Assembly (NCBI GenBank): GCA_008632985.1
Contig: QPGO01000058.1
Coordinates: forward strand, 434,001-458,315
Length of the DNA: 24,315 bases
Source of the DNA: Psammoneis japonica
Lineage: Eukaryota
Reading direction: 5' to 3'
Shown piece after piece: positions 20,550-24,315 of the stretch. Each line of letters starts with the position of its first letter. Positions within the stretch are counted from its first letter, which is position 1. The notes under the pieces are model-generated. The model worked only from the letters and a program-made list of their open reading frames with translations, was not told the DNA's origin and did no database searches. The translations under genes were made by a program, and so were the position numbers.

Positions 20550-23500
20550 TGACCGGCCCGCCTTTCTACCTGGCAACCTTTCTACGAAGAAGCCATCCGG
20601 GCTGCAGCCCCTGATATCGACTCCCTCCGCGATCTCATCGCCTCGTGGAACCCACCGAAGCCCGTGCCCCGCTAACTTGCCCCTTCTGCTCCTGGTCCCC
20701 TCCTTCCATTGATGCATCATCCCTTCCTGCTTCTGTGCGCAGCCATCTTCGCCAGGAGCATCCCCGCCTCTCGCTTTCTCATGCACCTGCGTCCTTCTTC
20801 GACACCGCTGGTTTGCATGTCTGCAGGCATTGCAATCATAGCCAATGCACCTGCCTGTCTACCACCCACCTTCGCAATCACTTGCAGAACAAGCACTTCG
20901 CTCCTCGCTCTTCCCTCAACACTGACATTGTTCTCTCGTCCTTCCACAATCTAGGTGACTGGGGCCCCTCGCTGCAATGGCTCCATGCTCTTGCACTCGA
21001 GCCTCCGCCTTTCCGAGCTTCCTGCCACCGCAAGCTCTCGTCCTCCGCCCGCAAGGAACTCTGCTCTGCTCTTCATCATGTGACAAGCTGGGCACTGGCC
21101 GCCTCCCAGCCTCTCTCTGACCCCTCCCACCTCATTCCTACGTGGCAACGTGACTCCACTCCCTTCTGGAAGCTGCTCTTACTCTTTGAAGCTCTCATTC
21201 TTGCTCCTGTCCCGCCATGCTCCAAGTTTGGCCCCACCATTGCCTCCCGCTTGTCCCTCTTCTGCCGTGGCTGCATTCGCCAACTCTGCCACGAAGCCCA
21301 CTCCCACACGCCACGCCTCTCCTCATCTTCCCCCGACTTTTCTGCTTCCACCTGTTGCCACTCCGCTCAAGTTTGCACCGACGAAGATGACTTTCACTCG
21401 GCCTGCTCCAAGCTCACCTCTGCGCTTCCTGTTGCTGCCGTCACTCCTGAGCGCCTTCCTGCCATCCTCAAGCTCTACCCTCCTCGCCTGCACCCCTCCG
21501 ACCTGCCCAATCCTCCTTCAACTCGCTCGGCCTCCTCCCTTCACAACGAGCCTGTTGAGCTCTCCTCCGATGCTCTTCTTTCCGCTCTCTCCAAATGTAA
21601 GCCTGGGACTGCTGCCGGTGTTTTTGCTGATTCTACCGACCTTTTCAAGTCCTGCGCCCTCTGTTCTGCCAAAACCCCAACAGGTGTTGCTCAACGCCCC
21701 TGCTTGTCATCCTTTCGTGAGCTTGTCCTTCTTCTGCTCCATGGCTCCATTCCTTCTTCCGTCCATTCCTCATTTGCTTCGAACCACTTTGTCGCTTTGC
21801 ACAAAGATGCCAGCGACCTCAACAAGCTTCACCCCATTGGCATCGGCACTGCTCTTCGTCGCATCGCCGGCTCCGTCGTCATGACTCTCTTTGGTTCTGC
21901 ATTTACCGAACACCTCCTCCCAGATGGCCAATTTGGCATTGGTGTCAAAGGTGGCCTCGATTATCTCGTGCACTCTGCTCTTGCCAACATTGAACGACAT
22001 CTTTCCTCTGCCGACTCTGCCAAGGCTCTTCTTCTTCTTGACCTCGTCAACATGTTCAACGAAGCATCTCGAGATGCCTGTCGACACGTTCTCATTTCCA
22101 CCCCTGCCTTTCATCCTCTGCTTCCCTTTTTTGACCTTCTATGTCAAAGTTCCAACACATGTTGGCATCGCCGACCCGATTCTTCCTGGGGCTCCTTTCT
22201 TCAAGAAGAGGGATTTGCCCAAGGATGCCCTCTCGGCCCTGTCTTCGCCAGCCCAGTCCTCTCTCTGGTTCTTCGTCCGATTAACCAAGAACTTCAAGAA
22301 CGTATCCCTGGCCATTCCTCTGTCTCAGTTGGCTCCTACATTGACGATGCTCACGCTTTCCTTCCCCATTCTGTGCTCCCATGGTTCCTTGAACGCTTCT
22401 CCGCCCTCGGTGCCCCCTGCGGAATCTCCCTCAACCTCCGTAAAACCAAGATCCTCACCTCCATTGCCGGTGTTAGCCCCATCCCTGCTCTTCCCCCTTC
22501 CCGCGCCGATTCTCTCCGTGCTGCACTTTCCTTCTTAAACCCTGCCAATGACCCCTCTTACAACCCCGAACTCACCTCTGGTGTTCACTTCCTTGGACAG
22601 CCCCTCGGCTCCCACGACTTCGCCACCTCTTTCCTTTCCGACACCTCCTCTACTCTCTCCGACAAAGTTGACATGCTTCTCACCCGTCTCCATGACAAAC
22701 AAACCCAGGCTCAACTCTTCAAGCACTGTTTTGTTCCATCCTCTGCTCACCTCCTTGGAGCTGACTTCCACTGCAACTTCGACCCCGACAATCCTTCCGA
22801 CCCCTTTCTCTGGACCTCTCCGTTTCAAGATTTCCTCCTCACCGTTGCTCACCGCTTTCTACACTGCGTCACTTCCTTCGCCGCTCCTTTTCCCGACCAC
22901 TCTATTGCCATCGCCTTCCTTCCTGCCTCCTTAGGCGGGTTTGGTCTCCGGGACCCAACAGCCACCGCCATTCCTTCCTTCTTGGTGTCGCTTCTCCGCT
23001 CGTTCCGCTTTGCTTCGCACGGTGTCAGCCCACCATCTGGCGCTTCTGTTTCCCTTCCGCGCTGCTTTCGGCTCTCCCTGTCTTCCTGGTCCAACCCTCG
23101 CTCTTCCCTGCGACTCCATGCGCTCTTCCGCCATTGTGCTCCCGTTCTGGCTTCCGCCTCTACCCTTTCCTCTTCTTCCTTGGCTGCCCTGGTTAAATCG
23201 GCCACTCTCCCCGGCCTGGCCCGTCGTCTCTACCACGAACATCAGCAACAAGCAGTGACCTCCATCCTTGCTAACTCATCTTACGACGTGCAATCTTCAC
23301 TCCCTTCATTGCCATCTCCGCTTACAACCTTCCTCTTCATTCCTTCTCTCGTCGCTTCCAAGCTCCCGCCTTTCTTTCGGACGCCTGCGCTGTCGCCGCC
23401 CTTCGTAAGCTTCGTCTCCCCATCCTTCCTCCGTCCCTTGTCAACACTCCCTGTCCCTGTGGCCATGCCATTCTGGACGCCTGTGGTGATCATGCCTTTT

Positions 23501-24315
23501 CTTGCCGCCGTGCTCACAAGTCCAAGCTTTCCAATGGTCTCCGTGACACTGTTTTCATCCTAGCCCAAACTTTGGGTCCTCTTGCAGAGTTCTGTCGATC
23601 CCCCAATGACGTTCATCTTGAACCCATCAACCTGCTCCCCACCCGCCCGCCTTCTCCGTCCCGCCGATGTCGGCATTTCTATCCCCCTCCCGCCTCCCTT
23701 TCCGCTCCCTCCCACCATCATTGCATTGCAGTGGACGTCACCGTCCCTCAAGCTTCCTCTCGCCCTCCTCCAGGTCTGCCTGCCCCCTCTTCTCCTATCT
23801 TAACTGAGGCACACCACTCAAGCGCGAGATTGAAGTTTCTTGGCCCCTCTACTTCCTCTGCCGATGGATCCCTTGTTGTTTCTTCGCTAACAACAATGGC
23901 ATCTTCCTGCTCCCCTTCACTGTCGATCACCTGGTGGTCTCGGCTGCTTTGCCCACCGCTTGCTCTTTGGTTCTACATCCCCCCCCGTCTGCTCTCAGCC
24001 CAAGCCACCCTGGTCCTCTTCCTCTGACCTTCGTCACTCCGATGCCTCCTACTCCGCCTTCCTCTACGCTTTATCGTCTCCGTCTGCAATCCTTCCCTCT
24101 GCTGACTCCGCATGGCGTCGCCTGTCCGCCGATCGCTTTGGAAGCACCTACCGTACAGCCACCCCATCCCAGTGGGCCACCCAAACTCTTGGCTACAACG
24201 TTGTTCTTCACCTTTCTACGCACATCCTCCGATTCACCTCCTCTCTCCCTGCCCCCTCCTCACCCATACCTTCCACAAAACGCCCTTCGTCTTGCGTCCA
24301 TCGACCCTTTACTCT
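20550..24315 (+). mobile_element. Non-LTR retrotransposon with restriction-like endonuclease (CRE-like clade), probably 5'-truncated, frameshifted, incomplete at the window end
   Basis: N-terminal C2H2-type fingers, then an RT domain. After a frameshift (~23330): RKLRLPI, CPCG..LDACGDHAFSC knuckle, RPADVGI, IAVDVTV, LLPFTVDH, TPSQWATQTLG. The strand is strongly C/T-rich. The clade is assigned from motifs only. Confidence 0.88.
20645..23563 (+). pseudogene. Reverse transcriptase ORF of the non-LTR element (largest open segment; last ~75 codons out of frame)
   Basis: CPFC..HLRQEH, CRHC..HLQNKH, FVALHK..KLHPIGIGTALRR, QFGIGVKGG, LLLLDLVNMFN, QEEGFAQGCPLGP, YIDD, GISLNLRKT, FLGQPLG, LPASLGGFGL. 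Confidence 0.88.

Noticed and set aside
21150..22934. Long alternative-frame ORFs within the retroelement
   Set aside because: Pro/Ser/Leu-rich by-products of the C/T-rich, TA-poor strand.

Overview
Eukaryotic DNA, most likely from a diatom (inferred from an ASAF-type plastid-targeting motif, short GT-AG introns and diatom-typical gene families). The window holds seven host genes: a plastid-targeted Mpv17/PMP22 protein, an RVxF/'LGDHP..GPP.SLGW' family protein, a flavin-reductase-like protein with one intron, a HIT hydrolase, a ModF-like twin-ATPase ABC protein with an unresolved 5' end, a secreted Cys-repeat/mucin-like/M64 metallopeptidase, and a cationic amino-acid transporter with one intron. 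It also holds a decayed LRR pseudogene, short palindromic elements and a 5'-truncated, frameshifted RLE-type (CRE-like) non-LTR retrotransposon that runs off the right end. The most striking signal is compositional. Two blocks (~1-2950 and ~10400-13740) have lost almost all TpA as well as most CpG and are rich in TpG/CpA. The retrotransposon looks like an intermediate stage: probable Tyr codons (TAY) read as Cys (TGY) or His (CAY) while CpG is largely kept. This suggests a repeat-targeted A>G mutational process at TpA, opposite in outcome to fungal RIP. The mechanism is inferred, not shown. All counts are by eye and approximate.
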